DNA of 64,000 nt from Pirellulales bacterium. GTDB lineage: Bacteria; Planctomycetota; Planctomycetia; Pirellulales; PALSA-1355. Positions within the stretch are counted from its first letter, which is position 1, and every line of letters begins with the position of its first letter. Under the pieces are notes generated by a model. That model was not told where the DNA came from. It did not search any database and saw nothing but the letters and a program-made list of their open reading frames with translations. A program made the translations under genes and the position numbers. Below are positions 21,401-33,062 of this stretch, piece after piece. The stretch covers positions 2,272,001-2,336,000 of the forward strand of contig CAVTBU010000005.1 in NCBI GenBank assembly GCA_963733035.1, in the 5' to 3' direction.

Positions 21401-23248
21401 ATGGTCAGTGGACCTACAATTCGACCCGGTAACTGCTGTGCAATACTGCTGGTCGTGGCATTCGCCGCGTTATTGCCACCGGTCTGGGCCCAGGAGCCGG
21501 CCGCTGTCGATGCGTCGGTGGCCCAGCGAGTCGACCAATTACTGGTCGCCCTCGACGATCCGAATTTCAACGTTCGCCGGCAAGCGGCCGACGGCTTGCA
21601 AGCAATGATCGGCGAGGCGTCGCTCTCGCCCTTCCTGGCAAAACGCTTTCAGCACGCACTCGTATCCGAGAACCGCTCCTTCGAGGTTCGAACGCGGTTG
21701 GAAGCGTTGTTGCGCAGGCTCCCTGAAACACCCCCCACCGAACCTCAGCCCATGCGCGATGCGATCGCGCCCCTGCTCAAGCAACTCAATAGCGATCAGT
21801 ACGTCGACCGCGATAGCTCCGTGCGGCAACTGTCGGCAATGTTGGCTTACAAGGACTTGATCGTGCCGGTATGGCTACAAATAAAGCAGCGGGCGGCCGA
21901 TCCCAAGGCCACGGCCTCCGAACGGCGGCTGTTGGATCCGCTCATTGACAAAGCGCACTACGCGTGGCTGCTCTCGGACGTGCCAGACGACGCGTTGCCG
22001 CTTCCAGGTGACGAGCAAATCGAAGCTTGGATCGCCGAAGCTTCCAAACCGGAAAACGTCGAGGAGATCAGCGTTTTCTCGCGCAGCCCAGCCGAGCGTG
22101 AACTACTCGACCTGATTGCCCGCGACGATACCTGCGAACATGTACTGGCGCTACTCCAGGCAAAAATCGACGGGGCCACCGACAAGGTGAATTTGCAGCG
22201 GCTGCAAAATCTCGTCGACTTCGCCAGGCCGGGCATGGCCGCCGAAGGCTGGAGTAACCACACGAATACCGTGCTGCAATATCTGCTCATCAACGTTCCG
22301 CAGTACAACGACGCGATCACCCCGCCACGGGCGACGCACTTCGACCGCATCGACGACCAGACCGCTCATTGCGTCACCGGCAACTCGCTTACCGAAGGGG
22401 ACTATCCGGTGCGGGTCGCAATTCCGCATCCCGAGCCGGGCCGTGACACGATGTTCTATCTCACCAACCTGCCAACGCCGCGCAGCCGATTGGCGTTCGA
22501 GTATTCCGTGCGCCGCGACGAGCACACGCGACTGGCGGAAATCAGCAAACGCACGCTCGACTATTTTCTCAATCGGAAAACACCGTTGAGCGAGGTCGAG
22601 ATTCTGTTACTCGCGCAGCTCGACCCGCGGGCCGTTTCACGGTTCGTCGGTGACTATTTCGCGTCTGTACCCAACGCGCCACTCGCGTCCACGCCAAACG
22701 GACTTAACAGCCAAACCACGCTCTACGGCGGCATCTGCGCGGTGCTGAGCCGCGTAGGCACGCACGACGCGGTGCCCGCGCTCGAAAAGCTGGCTCGCAG
22801 CGGCGCGCTGGGCAAGCCGGTTTATCCCAATCGCGTGGAAGTGGCCTGGGTGGCGCTGTTGGCCATTGCGGCCCGCGATCCCTGGCCGGAAGTCGACCCG
22901 TGGCTGGCCGCCCTGATCGACGAAACGCTGCCGTTGACCACCGATCCCGACCTGCCGCCGGAGTTGGGAGCCAGCGCCGCGGGCTTGCTGATCGATCGCC
23001 GTGGTGCGTCCGTCCGTCCGTTTGGTCTGGTGACCGCCGGAGAAAGCGTTACTGACGCGTTCCAATTCTATGGCTACCGCTTCACGACCGAGGATGACCG
23101 CGCCGACGTGAAACGCTGGTGGAAGAAGCAACAAACCATCGCGGCCGCGGCACAAAAGGCCGGCGATGGCATTGCGACGGAGCGCGAGGCGCCCCCAAGA
23201 AGGCACGTTGTCCGCCGGATCAGTGGTCGTAAGGTCCCACCTCCTTGA
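21401..23248 (+). CDS. Secreted hypothetical protein with HEAT-like repeats
   Basis: Signal peptide; LDDPNFNVRRQA and LNSDQYVDRD repeats. Confidence 0.65.
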   Translation: MVSGPTIRPGNCCAILLVVAFAALLPPVWAQEPAAVDASVAQRVDQLLVALDDPNFNVRRQAADGLQAMIGEASLSPFLAKRFQHALVSENRSFEVRTRLEALLRRLPETPPTEPQPMRDAIAPLLKQLNSDQYVDRDSSVRQLSAMLAYKDLIVPVWLQIKQRAADPKATASERRLLDPLIDKAHYAWLLSDVPDDALPLPGDEQIEAWIAEASKPENVEEISVFSRSPAERELLDLIARDDTCEHVLALLQAKIDGATDKVNLQRLQNLVDFARPGMAAEGWSNHTNTVLQYLLINVPQYNDAITPPRATHFDRIDDQTAHCVTGNSLTEGDYPVRVAIPHPEPGRDTMFYLTNLPTPRSRLAFEYSVRRDEHTRLAEISKRTLDYFLNRKTPLSEVEILLLAQLDPRAVSRFVGDYFASVPNAPLASTPNGLNSQTTLYGGICAVLSRVGTHDAVPALEKLARSGALGKPVYPNRVEVAWVALLAIAARDPWPEVDPWLAALIDETLPLTTDPDLPPELGASAAGLLIDRRGASVRPFGLVTAGESVTDAFQFYGYRFTTEDDRADVKRWWKKQQTIAAAAQKAGDGIATEREAPPRRHVVRRISGRKVPPP

Positions 23249-23251
23249 CCG

Positions 23252-24277
23252 CTAGAGCCATTTCTGCCAGCGATACCATTCGGCCGTTTGACGTAGCCGC
23301 TCGAAGACGGGCACCTGCGGGGCGAATCCCAGGTCGCGTCGGATCGTTTGCGTCGAGCAAACCCAATCGCCGGCGCCTGCCTCGCGGGCCTTGTCGAAGT
23401 TGAAGATGTACGGCTGACCCCGCAGGCGCGAGATGGCCTCGGCCACGGCCGCCGCGGGCCACAGCAGGGTCGGACCCGAACTGCGGAAGATCCTCACGCT
23501 CTGGCGCCCCAAGCTCTTGCCGATCAATACGCCCAACTCCGCGAACGTCGGCTGCTCGTCGGTGGCCACGAAGTAATAGCCTTGGGGCGGAATTCTCTTG
23601 TCAACAGTCCCGGCAGGAGCCAGGCGGCTGCCTCGTTCTGCACAGGAAATCAGCGAATCGATCAGGTCCTGCACGTGAATCAGTGAGTAATGCGATCCAG
23701 CGACACCCAACGCCACGTGCACGCCGAACCGAAAGATCGATCGAAACACGTCCCGCATTTGAAGATCGCCTTCGCCAAACACGATCGGCGGGCGCACGAT
23801 GGTAATCGGCACCCGGTCGGCGTATTGTTCGGCGATCAGCTCGGCGGCCCGCTTGGCCCGGCCGTAGTTCGACACGGGCATCGGCGGATCGCTCTCAGTA
23901 CGGGCGCGGTTCGGCGTCGAAGGTCCCGCCGCCGCCAGCGATGACACCGACACCAACACCGGTGGTGTCGACCGCGCGGCGCAGGCGTCGACCACATTGC
24001 GAAAGCCCTCAGAATTGACCAACATCAGATCGCGGGCACGAAATGCCGAAGCCAGGCCGGCCAAGTGATAAACCACTTGAGCGTCGCCCACCGCGGCACC
24101 GACCGACCGCGGATCGCGCACGTCCCCGACGGCGTAGCGCACGCCCAGCAGGTCGAGCCCCGCGCGGTTCGACGTTTCGCGCACCAGACAGGTGACTTCG
24201 TCGCCCCGAGCGACCAGTCGCTCAGTCAGATTCGTGCCAATGAACCCACTGGCACCGGTGACCAGTACTTTAGCCAT
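23252..24277 (-). CDS. NAD-dependent epimerase/dehydratase
   Basis: VTGASGFIG, YHLAG, SSLAA, YGRAK, RPPIVFG. Confidence 0.9.
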   Translation of the reverse strand: MAKVLVTGASGFIGTNLTERLVARGDEVTCLVRETSNRAGLDLLGVRYAVGDVRDPRSVGAAVGDAQVVYHLAGLASAFRARDLMLVNSEGFRNVVDACAARSTPPVLVSVSSLAAAGPSTPNRARTESDPPMPVSNYGRAKRAAELIAEQYADRVPITIVRPPIVFGEGDLQMRDVFRSIFRFGVHVALGVAGSHYSLIHVQDLIDSLISCAERGSRLAPAGTVDKRIPPQGYYFVATDEQPTFAELGVLIGKSLGRQSVRIFRSSGPTLLWPAAAVAEAISRLRGQPYIFNFDKAREAGAGDWVCSTQTIRRDLGFAPQVPVFERLRQTAEWYRWQKWL

Positions 24278-24635
24278 CGCCGCAGCGCCGGCGCTCCCTT
24301 GCCGGACACGAAGGAAACTACTCGACATGCCGTGTAAGTTGCACGGACAAGAATAAAATCGTCAAGGAGCCCTGAACTCTGTGGATGGAACTCGGGTCGG
24401 ACTTGTAATCGGCACGGACGCGACAAACCGCATGCCGGCCGATGGCATGCGCAGGCGACGACAGGTGCAAGCGGCGTGCCAGGACACATCTGCTCGGCAC
24501 AAAGCGCATCGCCCGCAGCACTGTTCCCCGACCTTGGGGGAGATATACTTTAGTGACGCCAACCCGCGCGGCACGAAGCAAGTTCCCCCACCTGCCAATT
24601 TTCCGCGCTCGTCCCCAGAAAGTCGCACGCAAGCC

Positions 24636-25781
24636 ATGAGCATCGCCTCTCCCCAAGAGGGGTCGGCCGCCTTCGAGTTGGCCCCCTACAAGTCACTCGA
24701 CAACGAAACACTGCAGGCCCGAATCGACGCAGTCCGCGACCAGATGGGGTCGTCGCTGCTCATCCTGGGGCACCACTATCAGCAGGACGAAGTGATCGCC
24801 ATGAGCGATCTGCGGGGCGATAGCTACCAGCTCAGCAAGATGGCGGCCGAAAGCGGCGAATGCCGCGCGATTGCGTTTTGCGGTGTGCACTTCATGGCCG
24901 AAACGGCTGACATTCTGGCCAACCAGCCAGGCAAGCTCACCGACCGTGGTGGCGAGCGCGTCACGGTCATTCTGCCCGATATGGCCGCTGGCTGTTCGAT
25001 GGCCGACATGGCCGCGATCGAACAGGTCGAATCCGCGTGGGAAGAGCTTGGCGAGGTGATCGACACCGCGGATATTACGCCCGTTACCTACATCAACTCC
25101 GCCGCCAGTCTGAAGTCCTTTTGCGGCCGCCACGGGGGTATCGTTTGCACCTCGAGCAATGCGCGGGCCGTGCTCAACTGGGCGTTCGAGCGCACCGGCC
25201 GTGTGCTGTTTTTCCCTGATCAGCATCTGGGACGCAACACGGCCAAGGCCATGGGCATTCCGCTTGAGCAAATGCCTGTCTGGGATCCGATCCGAGACGA
25301 GCTAGGCGGCAATACGCCCGATGCTCTCCGCAACAGCAAAGTCTTGCTGTGGCGCGGCCACTGCAGCGTGCACCAGATGTTCACCGCGGCCCACGTCAAC
25401 TTGTTCCGCGAGAAGATGCCCGGCATCAAGATTCTGGTGCATCCCGAGTGCACGATGGAAGTCGTCGACCTGGCCGACGTGCAAGGTTCGACTGGCAAGA
25501 TCATCCGCGAAGTGGAACAAGCGCCCCCGGGCACGAAATGGGCCATCGGTACCGAGCTGCACCTGGTAAACCGGCTTAAACAGGAACACCCCGAGCAGGA
25601 AATCCACTTCCTTTCGCCGGTCGTCTGCATGTGCGCCACGATGTACCGCATCGATCTGGCTCATCTTTGCTGGAGCCTGGAGAACCTAGCCGCCGGCAAG
25701 CCGGTCAATGTCATCCGCGTTGATGACGAGGTGGCCCGCTGGTCGCTGGTGGCGCTCGAGCGGATGCTGGCGGTGAAATGA
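24636..25781 (+). CDS. nadA: Quinolinate synthase
   Basis: GHHYQ, FCGVHFMAET, AGCSMA, YINS, CTSSNA, GHCSVH, HPEC, CMCATM. Confidence 0.95.
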   Translation: MSIASPQEGSAAFELAPYKSLDNETLQARIDAVRDQMGSSLLILGHHYQQDEVIAMSDLRGDSYQLSKMAAESGECRAIAFCGVHFMAETADILANQPGKLTDRGGERVTVILPDMAAGCSMADMAAIEQVESAWEELGEVIDTADITPVTYINSAASLKSFCGRHGGIVCTSSNARAVLNWAFERTGRVLFFPDQHLGRNTAKAMGIPLEQMPVWDPIRDELGGNTPDALRNSKVLLWRGHCSVHQMFTAAHVNLFREKMPGIKILVHPECTMEVVDLADVQGSTGKIIREVEQAPPGTKWAIGTELHLVNRLKQEHPEQEIHFLSPVVCMCATMYRIDLAHLCWSLENLAAGKPVNVIRVDDEVARWSLVALERMLAVK

Positions 25782-25909
25782 GAGCGCCTCGATGCCGAGA
25801 TTAGCGTTCCAATTGCCGCAGTTGAGCACCTTGTGGCCGCCCGCGGGCTTCGGTAGGCTACCCGTTTTCCCCGACTTAAGAATCTCCCTCCGCACGATCT
25901 CGATCCATC

Positions 25910-27143
25910 ATGAGCGACCCCTACTTCCAAAAGCTTTTCGCCGACCGCGTGGGCGGCATCAACTATGGCAAAGGCACCGCGATCTATAAATTCGAGAAGA
26001 TCAAGCGGGCCAAGCGCAAGGCGCGTCACCGACCATCCCGAGCGGAAGCTGATCGACTTCGGCATCGGCGAGAACGACGAGATGGCCCCAGCGACGAGTC
26101 GCGCAAGGTTGGCCGAGGAGATCAACAAACCGGAAAACCGCGGCTACGCCGATAACGGACCGCCCGAGTACAAGGAAGCGGTGGCCCGCTTCATGCAACG
26201 CAACTTTGGCGTCGAGCTCGACCCAGCCAAGGAAGTGAACCATTGCATCGGTTCAAAGACAGCGCTGGCCATGCTGCCGGCCGCGTTCATCAATCCCGGC
26301 GACATCACGCTGATGACCGTGCCGGGTTACCCGGTGGCCGGCACGCACACGAAGTACTACGGCGGCAGCGTCTATGCCTTGCCGCTGTTGCCGGAGAACA
26401 ACTTTTTCCCTGACTTCGATTCGATTCCGGCCGATATCTGCCGTCAGGCCAAGCTGCTGGTGCTGTGCTATCCCAACAGCCCCACCGGCAAGGTCGCCAC
26501 GCGAGACTTTTACGGGCGGGCCATTGAATTTGCCCAGAAACACGAAATTGTGATCGTGCAGGACGCCGCGCACATCATGCTGACGTTCGAGGGGGAGCCT
26601 CTCAGTTTTCTCTCGGTACCGGGGGCCAAGGAAGTCGGCGTCGAAATTCACTCGATGTCCAAGGGCTTCCACATGATTGGCTGGCGGTTGGGCTGGGTTT
26701 GCGGCCACGAGCGCATCGTACAGGCCTTTGCCGACGTGAAGGACAATAGCGACTCAGGTCAATTCCTGGCGATACAGAAAGCGGCCGCCGCGGCACTCGA
26801 CGATCCCCAGATTCCCGCCCAGGTTCGCGCCAAGTATGAACGGCGCTGCCGCAAGCTGGTCGACGTGCTCAATCGTACCGGCTTTACCTGCCAGATGCCC
26901 GGCGGTACGTACTTTATCTATGCAAAGAGTCCGAAGGGGATTGCGGGTGGACCACAATTCGACTCCGCCGAGGCCGCCAGTCAGTACCTGATTACCGAGC
27001 ACTCGATCTGCACGGTTCCCTGGGATGACGCGGGACCGCACCTGCGGTTCTCGGTAACGTACGAAGCGCTCGACGACGCGGCGGAAGACGCTTTGATGGC
27101 CGCCACCGAAGATCGGTTGAAACAGATTCAACCGATCTTCTAA
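25910..27143 (+). CDS. dapL: LL-diaminopimelate aminotransferase (frameshift near 26025)
   Basis: FADRVGG...YKFEKIK N-terminus, YPNSPTG, DAAH, HSMSKGF. Confidence 0.75.
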
Positions 27144-27170
27144 GGCAGCGTACCGATCGGTTCGTTCGAT

Positions 27171-27793
27171 CTAACTCGTCGCCGGCACGCGTTCAATGCG
27201 ATGAGCCAAGCCGATCAGTTCAGCTCGCGAATGGGCCCCCATTTTCCGCATCACGCTGGCGCGGCGAAGTTGAATCGTGCGAAGGCTCAAATCAAGTTTC
27301 AGCGCGATGGCCTTGTCCGGCTTGCCGGCCACAGTCAGGTCGAGCACCTGGCGCTCGTCGACCGTCAGCGTCTCGAAGCGCCCAATAGATCGCGGCGCTG
27401 GGCCGAGGCTTCCCGCTGTTTGGAGTCGCGCTCGATGGCACGCCGCACGCTGTCCATCAGCGCCGAACCAGGGTAGGGCTTCTCGAGGAAATCGACCGCG
27501 CCCGCCTTGATGGCTGCCACGGCCGCCGGAATATCGCCGTGACCGCTGATCATGATCACCGGCACGTCGGCGTGGCGAGCGGCCAGTTCCTCGATCACCT
27601 CCAAGCCGTTGAGCTGCGGCATCTTCAAATCGAGCACCACGCAGCCCGGCTGGTTGGCTGAATAGCCATCGAGAAACTCACGCCCCGATGCGTAGCATTC
27701 GACCTCCAGGTTCATGGATTGGATCAGCGCGGCCAGCGACTCGCGCACTTGTTCGTCGTCGTCGACGACCGATACGATGGGTGTGGAATTCAT
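27171..27793 (-). CDS. FixJ/LuxR-family response regulator (frameshift near 27380)
   Basis: VVDDD, LDLKMP, ISGHGD, FLEKP; LuxR HTH (LTVDERQVL...KAIALKLDLSLRTIQLRR) continues in another frame to TAG at 27171. Confidence 0.88.
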
Positions 27794-30497
27794 TCGCCTG
27801 CTCCGAACAACGGCAACGTGAAACGAAACGTGACGCCACGATCGAGGTTGGCTTCCGCCCACAGCCGGCCGCCGTGGTCTTCCACGATAGAGCGGCTAAT
27901 GGCCAATCCGATGCCAACCCCATTGGGCTTACTGGTAACGAACGCGTCAAACACGCGCTCCAAGTCCTCCGCATTGATTCCTTCGCCGACATCCTTCACG
28001 GAGATTTCGGTTTTGTCGGCTTGCCGGGCGATAGCGATCGACACCGATCGGTCGTCCGACGGATTGCCAGCCATGGCTTCATAGGCGTTCCGCAGCAGGT
28101 TCACAAGCACCTGCTCGATTTGAATCCGGTCGACGCGGACCGGAAGCGAACTTTTGGGAGGACGCCAGCGCAATCGCACGCTCTTGAGCCGCGTTTCAGC
28201 CTCGAGCAAGTCGATCACCTCGGTGACCAGTTCGCTGGCTTCGATCGTTTCGCGCTTCGGGTCACTCTTGCGGGTGAATGATCGCAGCCGGCGAATCATT
28301 TCGGCCGCGCGATGCGTGTTGTGGGCGATCTTGCCAATCCAATTCAGGACATTCTCACTAATCGTGCCGTTCTGGGCGCCGCCGTTCTCAAGGGCTCGCG
28401 TGCAACTTTCGGCATAGTTGCTGATGGCGGTCAGTGGCTGATTGAGTTCGTGCGCGATGCCGGTGGCGATTTCGCCCATCGTGCTGATTCGCGAGCGGTG
28501 TGCCAGTTCTGCCTGATGCATGTGGGCCAGGGTTTCAGCTCGCCGCCGCTCGGAAATATCCATGATCGACCCGACCATCCGCACCGGCACGCCTTGCTCG
28601 TCGTGCATCACGAATCCACGATCGATCACATCGGCATAGCTGCCGTCGGCACGCCGGAAGCGATACTCGTAGACGCATTGCTGGGAAGTCGCGCTGTCCA
28701 TCGCGGGCATCTGCGCCACCACCCGCTCGCGATCGTCGGGGTGAATACGGTCGACCCACCACGCCAGGTCCGGAGTGATCTGTTCGGCGCATAGCCGAAC
28801 AGGCTCTGAAAACCCTTGCTGCGCCAGACATAGTCGCGCTTGCGGTCCCAGTCCCAAATCGCATCCCGCGTGGCTTTGGCGGCCAGACGAAACCGAGCGT
28901 CGCTCTCGCGCAACTTTTGTTCCGTGGTTTTCAGTTCCGTGATATCAATGATCGATCCGACCATTCGCACGGGCTTCTGCTGTTCGTCGAAAATCACAAA
29001 ACCGCGGTCGTAGACAAAGGCATAACTGCCGTCGGTTCGCTGCAAACGATACTCAAACACCCATTGTTGTCGGCCGCCCTCGGCATCGCCTGGCACCATC
29101 GACAGCACGCGTTCGCGATCGTCCGGATGGATGCGCCGCCGCCACCATTCGACAGCCGATTCCTTGGCGCGGTCAAACGTGCCAAAGACCTCCAAATAAG
29201 CTTCATTCTGCCACAAGCGATTTTCGCGCAGGTCCCAGTCCCAAATGGCCTCGCGCGTGGCGCCGGCAATCAACTGAAACCGTTGATGGCTTTCGCGCAG
29301 CTGCTGTTCAATTTCCTTTCGGTCGGTAATGTCCTGCCCCGTGGCGAAAAACAGTCCTTGCTCAATGCAGGGCACCGCGTCCCACAAGATCCAGCGAAAA
29401 GTGCCGTCTTTCGAACGGACCCGCATTTCGGTCGTGGTAACCATTTCGCCAGCCAACAGTTGTTGTCCCATGGCCGCGGCCAATTCAAAATCGTCTGGAT
29501 GCAAGAGCGACGACAGCGGAAGCTTCTTGAGCTCCTTGGGTGAATAGCCGAGCACGCCCACCGAAGCGCTCCAGCGCCGCATGTACCCGTCGAAACCGCC
29601 GACGCACAGCAGGCTCAGCGATTGTTCATAAATCTGGTCGCGTTCGAGTTCGGCCTGCTTGCGGTCCGTAATATCGACGTGAGCCACGATGGCGCCACGG
29701 TATTTGTCGTCGCGCAATGGGCTGGCCGCCATGCGGAACCACCGTTGCGTCCCATCGATCACGCAGGGATACTCGCAGCCGAAGGTGGGAAAACGATCGT
29801 CCAATACGTTGCGCAGCCCGGCGGCGATTGCTTCCGCATGCTCGTGACCTTCGGCCACGGCCGCGTCACACACAGCCACGTAGTCGACGCCCTCAATATG
29901 CCGGGCGCTCTGAAACCGGTTTTCAATGGCATGCCGGCGCCAGGCATTGTTCGCAGCGCGAATGACACCTCGCTCGTCGAGCATGGCGAGATGCACCGGC
30001 AGGGCATTGAGAATATTGCAATACGCGTAGATGTCTTCGGCTGTCGGCGTCGCGTGTCCGTTGGTGCCCACCGCTCGCCGCTTACCTGCGGCGGCCACGA
30101 TGCTGCCAGCCAATCGGTCGAGATAGCCAGGCTGTTTTGTCAGGTAATCGGCCGCACCCCGTTTGATCGATTCGGCCGCCCAATACTCGTCGCCGCGCGA
30201 GGTCAAAAGGATCACGGCGGTACCCAAACCACTGTGCTGACACTGCTCCAAGATCGAAAGTCGATTGCCTCCATCGTCCGCCAACTCGCTGACGACGACG
30301 TCGATTCCCTCCTCGCGCAGCAAGCGATCGATGTCGCTCGAATCAGTCGACTCGACCAGTGAGAATCGTTCGTCGCGACCGAGCGATTGCACCACGTCGG
30401 AACGCTCCGGGCTGCCGTCGTCGACGAGCAGCACTCGCAAGCGATCAACCTCTTGCGGTTTGGATTTAGGTTTGGATTCGAGGATTGATCCGCGCAT
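27790..30497 (-). CDS. Receiver + multi-PAS sensor histidine kinase (frameshift near 28790)
   Basis: N-terminal REC, several IHPDD PAS/PAC domains, AHELNQPL H-box, NLLRNA, DVGEG, GIGLAIS. Confidence 0.9.
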
Positions 30498-30818
30498 CGC
30501 TGACGCTCAACGGGAAGCCGGAAACAGGAAACGCCATAGGGCAGCGCGGGCCGGTTGCGCGACGGCAAGAAAGGAGGGCCCCAGGCTGCCCGCCGCTCGG
30601 TATTTCAGGCGTCTCTCGCTAAATTGAATTAACCCACGATCCCTCTGCCTCCAATTTCGTTGAGCCCTCGGGCCCCGTCAACCCCGCGGCAAAGCACCCT
30701 CGACTTAGGACGGCTTGATTCGGCCCCAAAAATGCACAAAATGACAGTTTACCAATCGGTCGACCCAAGTGTTGGGGCCCCTCGTCGGGCCGCGGGGGCG
30801 ATCGTTCCCTCCTGGCCC

Positions 30819-31550
30819 ATGCCGACCGATATGTTCGATCAGATTGAGAATCTCAAACAGCAGTACACCGATAAGTACGTTCTCGTGGACGAGAACGTTC
30901 CGGAACTCGCGCGCTTCGGAGGGCACGTGGGCCAGGTCAAAACCGTGAACATGAACGGTCGCGCCCTGGTGCAATTCGACACCTGGAACAACATCGGTTG
31001 GTACGACATCGATCTCGGTTGTCTGCGAGTCGTGCCCAAGCCCGAGCCGGGAACGGCCGAGGCCAAAAAACCCGCTGCCAAAAACGAAACGCCGCGACCG
31101 GCCGCCAAAGCTGCCACGACCACAGGTGAAAAAAAGCTATCGCCGCTGGAGATGGCGCGAATGCAAGGCGCCGCCAAACCGGCCGGTGCGGCGCCAGCTG
31201 CCGGCGGCGCCAAGAAATCAACATCGGACATCCTCGCCGCGGCCCGCGCTGCCAAGGGAGGCACGCCCGCTGCTGCCAAGTCGGCGGCACCCGCGGCGAA
31301 AGAAAAACCCGCCGCCCCCACCGGCAAAATGAGCACCGCCGACATCCTCGCCGCCGCGCGAGCCAAAAAGGCCGCCGAGTCACAGCCGCCCGAGGCGGCG
31401 GAAGCCGAGCCGGCTCAAAGCGTCGCCGAAGCCGATGCGCCGGCCGCCCAGGAGGTTGCCAAACCTGCCAGCACGACAACCTTCACACCGGGTCAGCGTC
31501 CCAGCGTGCCAGAGATTCTCGCCTGGTGCCGAGAGCACGACACGAAGTAA
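30819..31550 (+). CDS. Hypothetical protein: small beta domain plus Ala/Lys/Pro-rich tail with repeated helices (alternative start 30831)
   Basis: VKTVNMNGRALVQFD domain; repeats STSDILAAAR and STADILAAAR. Confidence 0.7.
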   Translation: MPTDMFDQIENLKQQYTDKYVLVDENVPELARFGGHVGQVKTVNMNGRALVQFDTWNNIGWYDIDLGCLRVVPKPEPGTAEAKKPAAKNETPRPAAKAATTTGEKKLSPLEMARMQGAAKPAGAAPAAGGAKKSTSDILAAARAAKGGTPAAAKSAAPAAKEKPAAPTGKMSTADILAAARAKKAAESQPPEAAEAEPAQSVAEADAPAAQEVAKPASTTTFTPGQRPSVPEILAWCREHDTK

Positions 31551-31615
31551 GCTTTCCCCCGCTCCGGCGGCGACGCCGGGCATAGACGCCCTACTTCCAC
31601 GGATGGTGAGCCGTC

Positions 31616-32507
31616 ATGCTCAGCGACGAGGTTCGCGCGCGAATCGCCCGGCTCAAAGCGCCCGATTCTCGCGCCCTCCCGGCACCGACGCGCCCACTCC
31701 TGCACGTGGTACCCACTACGCAGGTAATCGCGCCGCCGGATTTGGCATCTGCCGAGCTCTGTCAGAATAGCTCGGGCGAGCACCTGCGATTTCGCCAACC
31801 TCTCTCCGAGTTGTGGCCTGCGGCCGAGGAAATCACCTTACGCGCAACCCATACCCTACGGTCAGCGCCCCCTGCGACAGGTCATCCGGAACTAACCGCC
31901 GTCGCAGAACACTTTCCGACAGGCACGCTGTTTCTCGATTTGGAGACGTGTGGTTTCGCCGGCGCCGGTTTTTTTGGCGGGCGTCGTTTGGCACTCGGGC
32001 GACGCACTCGTTCTCGATCAGCTATTCGCCCGGCACTATGGCGAAGAGCGAGCGGTGCTGGAATCGCTCTGGTCGATTGCCGCCTCGCAGCACACCCTGG
32101 CAACTTTCAACGGCAAGAGCTTCGACTGGCCGATGGTGCGCGACCGCAGCACGCGGCATCGGTTGGGCCAGCGCAAGGTGCGTTCGATCAGCCGGCAAAT
32201 GCTCCGCGCCGACGGCGATCTGACGCACTGCGATCTGTTGCATCATGCCCGTCGACGTTGGAAGCGGGTCTTGCCAGACTGTAAACTGCAAACGCTCGAG
32301 CGCTACGTCTGTCGCCGCGTACGGCAGGACGATCTGCCCGGCGCCGAAGTGCCGTCCGCCTATCACCAGTTCGTCCGGACGGGAGCCAGCGGACCAATCC
32401 GTTCGATCCTGCACCACAACGCGCTCGACTTGCTTACACTCGTGCAGGTCACGTTGAAGCTGCTCGGCCTGCAGTGCCCGCCGGCAAACTTCTCCGCGGC
32501 GAGTTGA
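31616..32507 (+). CDS. YprB-like ribonuclease H-like domain protein (frameshift near 31965)
   Basis: FLDLETCG, TFNGKSFDWP, HCDLLH, KLQTLE, HNALD. Confidence 0.82.
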
Positions 32508-32574
32508 GATTGGTTTCGCATGGCTGGCATTGCCCCCCGTGCAAAGTTCACCAGCGCACAACGTCGGTGGCGAC

Positions 32575-32620
32575 AAAAAACATTGGCCACGGCCCGCCCG
32601 AAAGGACGTGGCCGTGGCCA
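32575..32620 (-). terminator. Intrinsic terminator on the minus strand
   Basis: TGGCCACGGCC...GGCCGTGGCCA stem followed on the minus strand by ATGTTTTTT. Confidence 0.6.
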
Positions 32621-32627
32621 GGTATAA

Positions 32628-32769
32628 TCAAACCTCTAGCCCAATGCGACGGAGGAGTCGCTGCGAGAAGAGCGGGGCCAGACTGTGCTAGGCACTAGCC
32701 TTTTGGTGGCCCAAGCTCACGCATTTAGTTAGGTCCTCCCGACGGTTTGAAGGCTATTCTGAGGTTTGA
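32628..32769 (-). ncRNA. Putative structured RNA (long irregular hairpin)
   Basis: Nested complementary segments TCAAACCTC/GAGGTTTGA, TAGCC/GGCTA, GGAGGA/TCCTCC, TGCG-GAGC-GGGCCA/TGGCCC-GCTC-CGCA; terminator follows. Confidence 0.45.
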
Positions 32770-33062
32770 AGTTTCCGAGAGAATCGTTTTTCGGGCGCAC
32801 CGAGCAAGTCATGGTCAGGACTTTACGGTGCCATGACATCGACGGCAGTCAGACTGCACAGTAGATCGGCAGTTTTGCGACGCCCCTTGGGCCGTTTTTG
32901 AAAAACGCCCCTGGTTGTTCGCTCGTGTGAAATTATAGCTCGACCGCTCACCGAATGAAGGCGAAAAGAAGGCCAACTGGGCGCGAATAAATAACTCTTT
33001 CACCCAGGCATGAGATTTGCCTAGGCGGAAATGGGGCAGGGGGCGAGCAAGGAGATAATGGC

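Noticed and set aside
24278..24635. NAD+ (nadA-motif) riboswitch upstream of nadA
   Set aside because: I could not find the conserved aptamer sequence as I recall it; only generic GC hairpins. An Rfam scan would settle it.
32830..32915. c-di-GMP-I riboswitch on the minus strand (GTCGCAAAACTGCCGATCTA)
   Set aside because: Partial resemblance only; the GGCAAA entry and GNRA-capped P2 stem are missing.
32575..32930. tmRNA or RNase P RNA, suggested by the ~350-nt transcript length
   Set aside because: No tRNA-like ends with T-arm and CCA, and no GAGGAAAGTCC motif.
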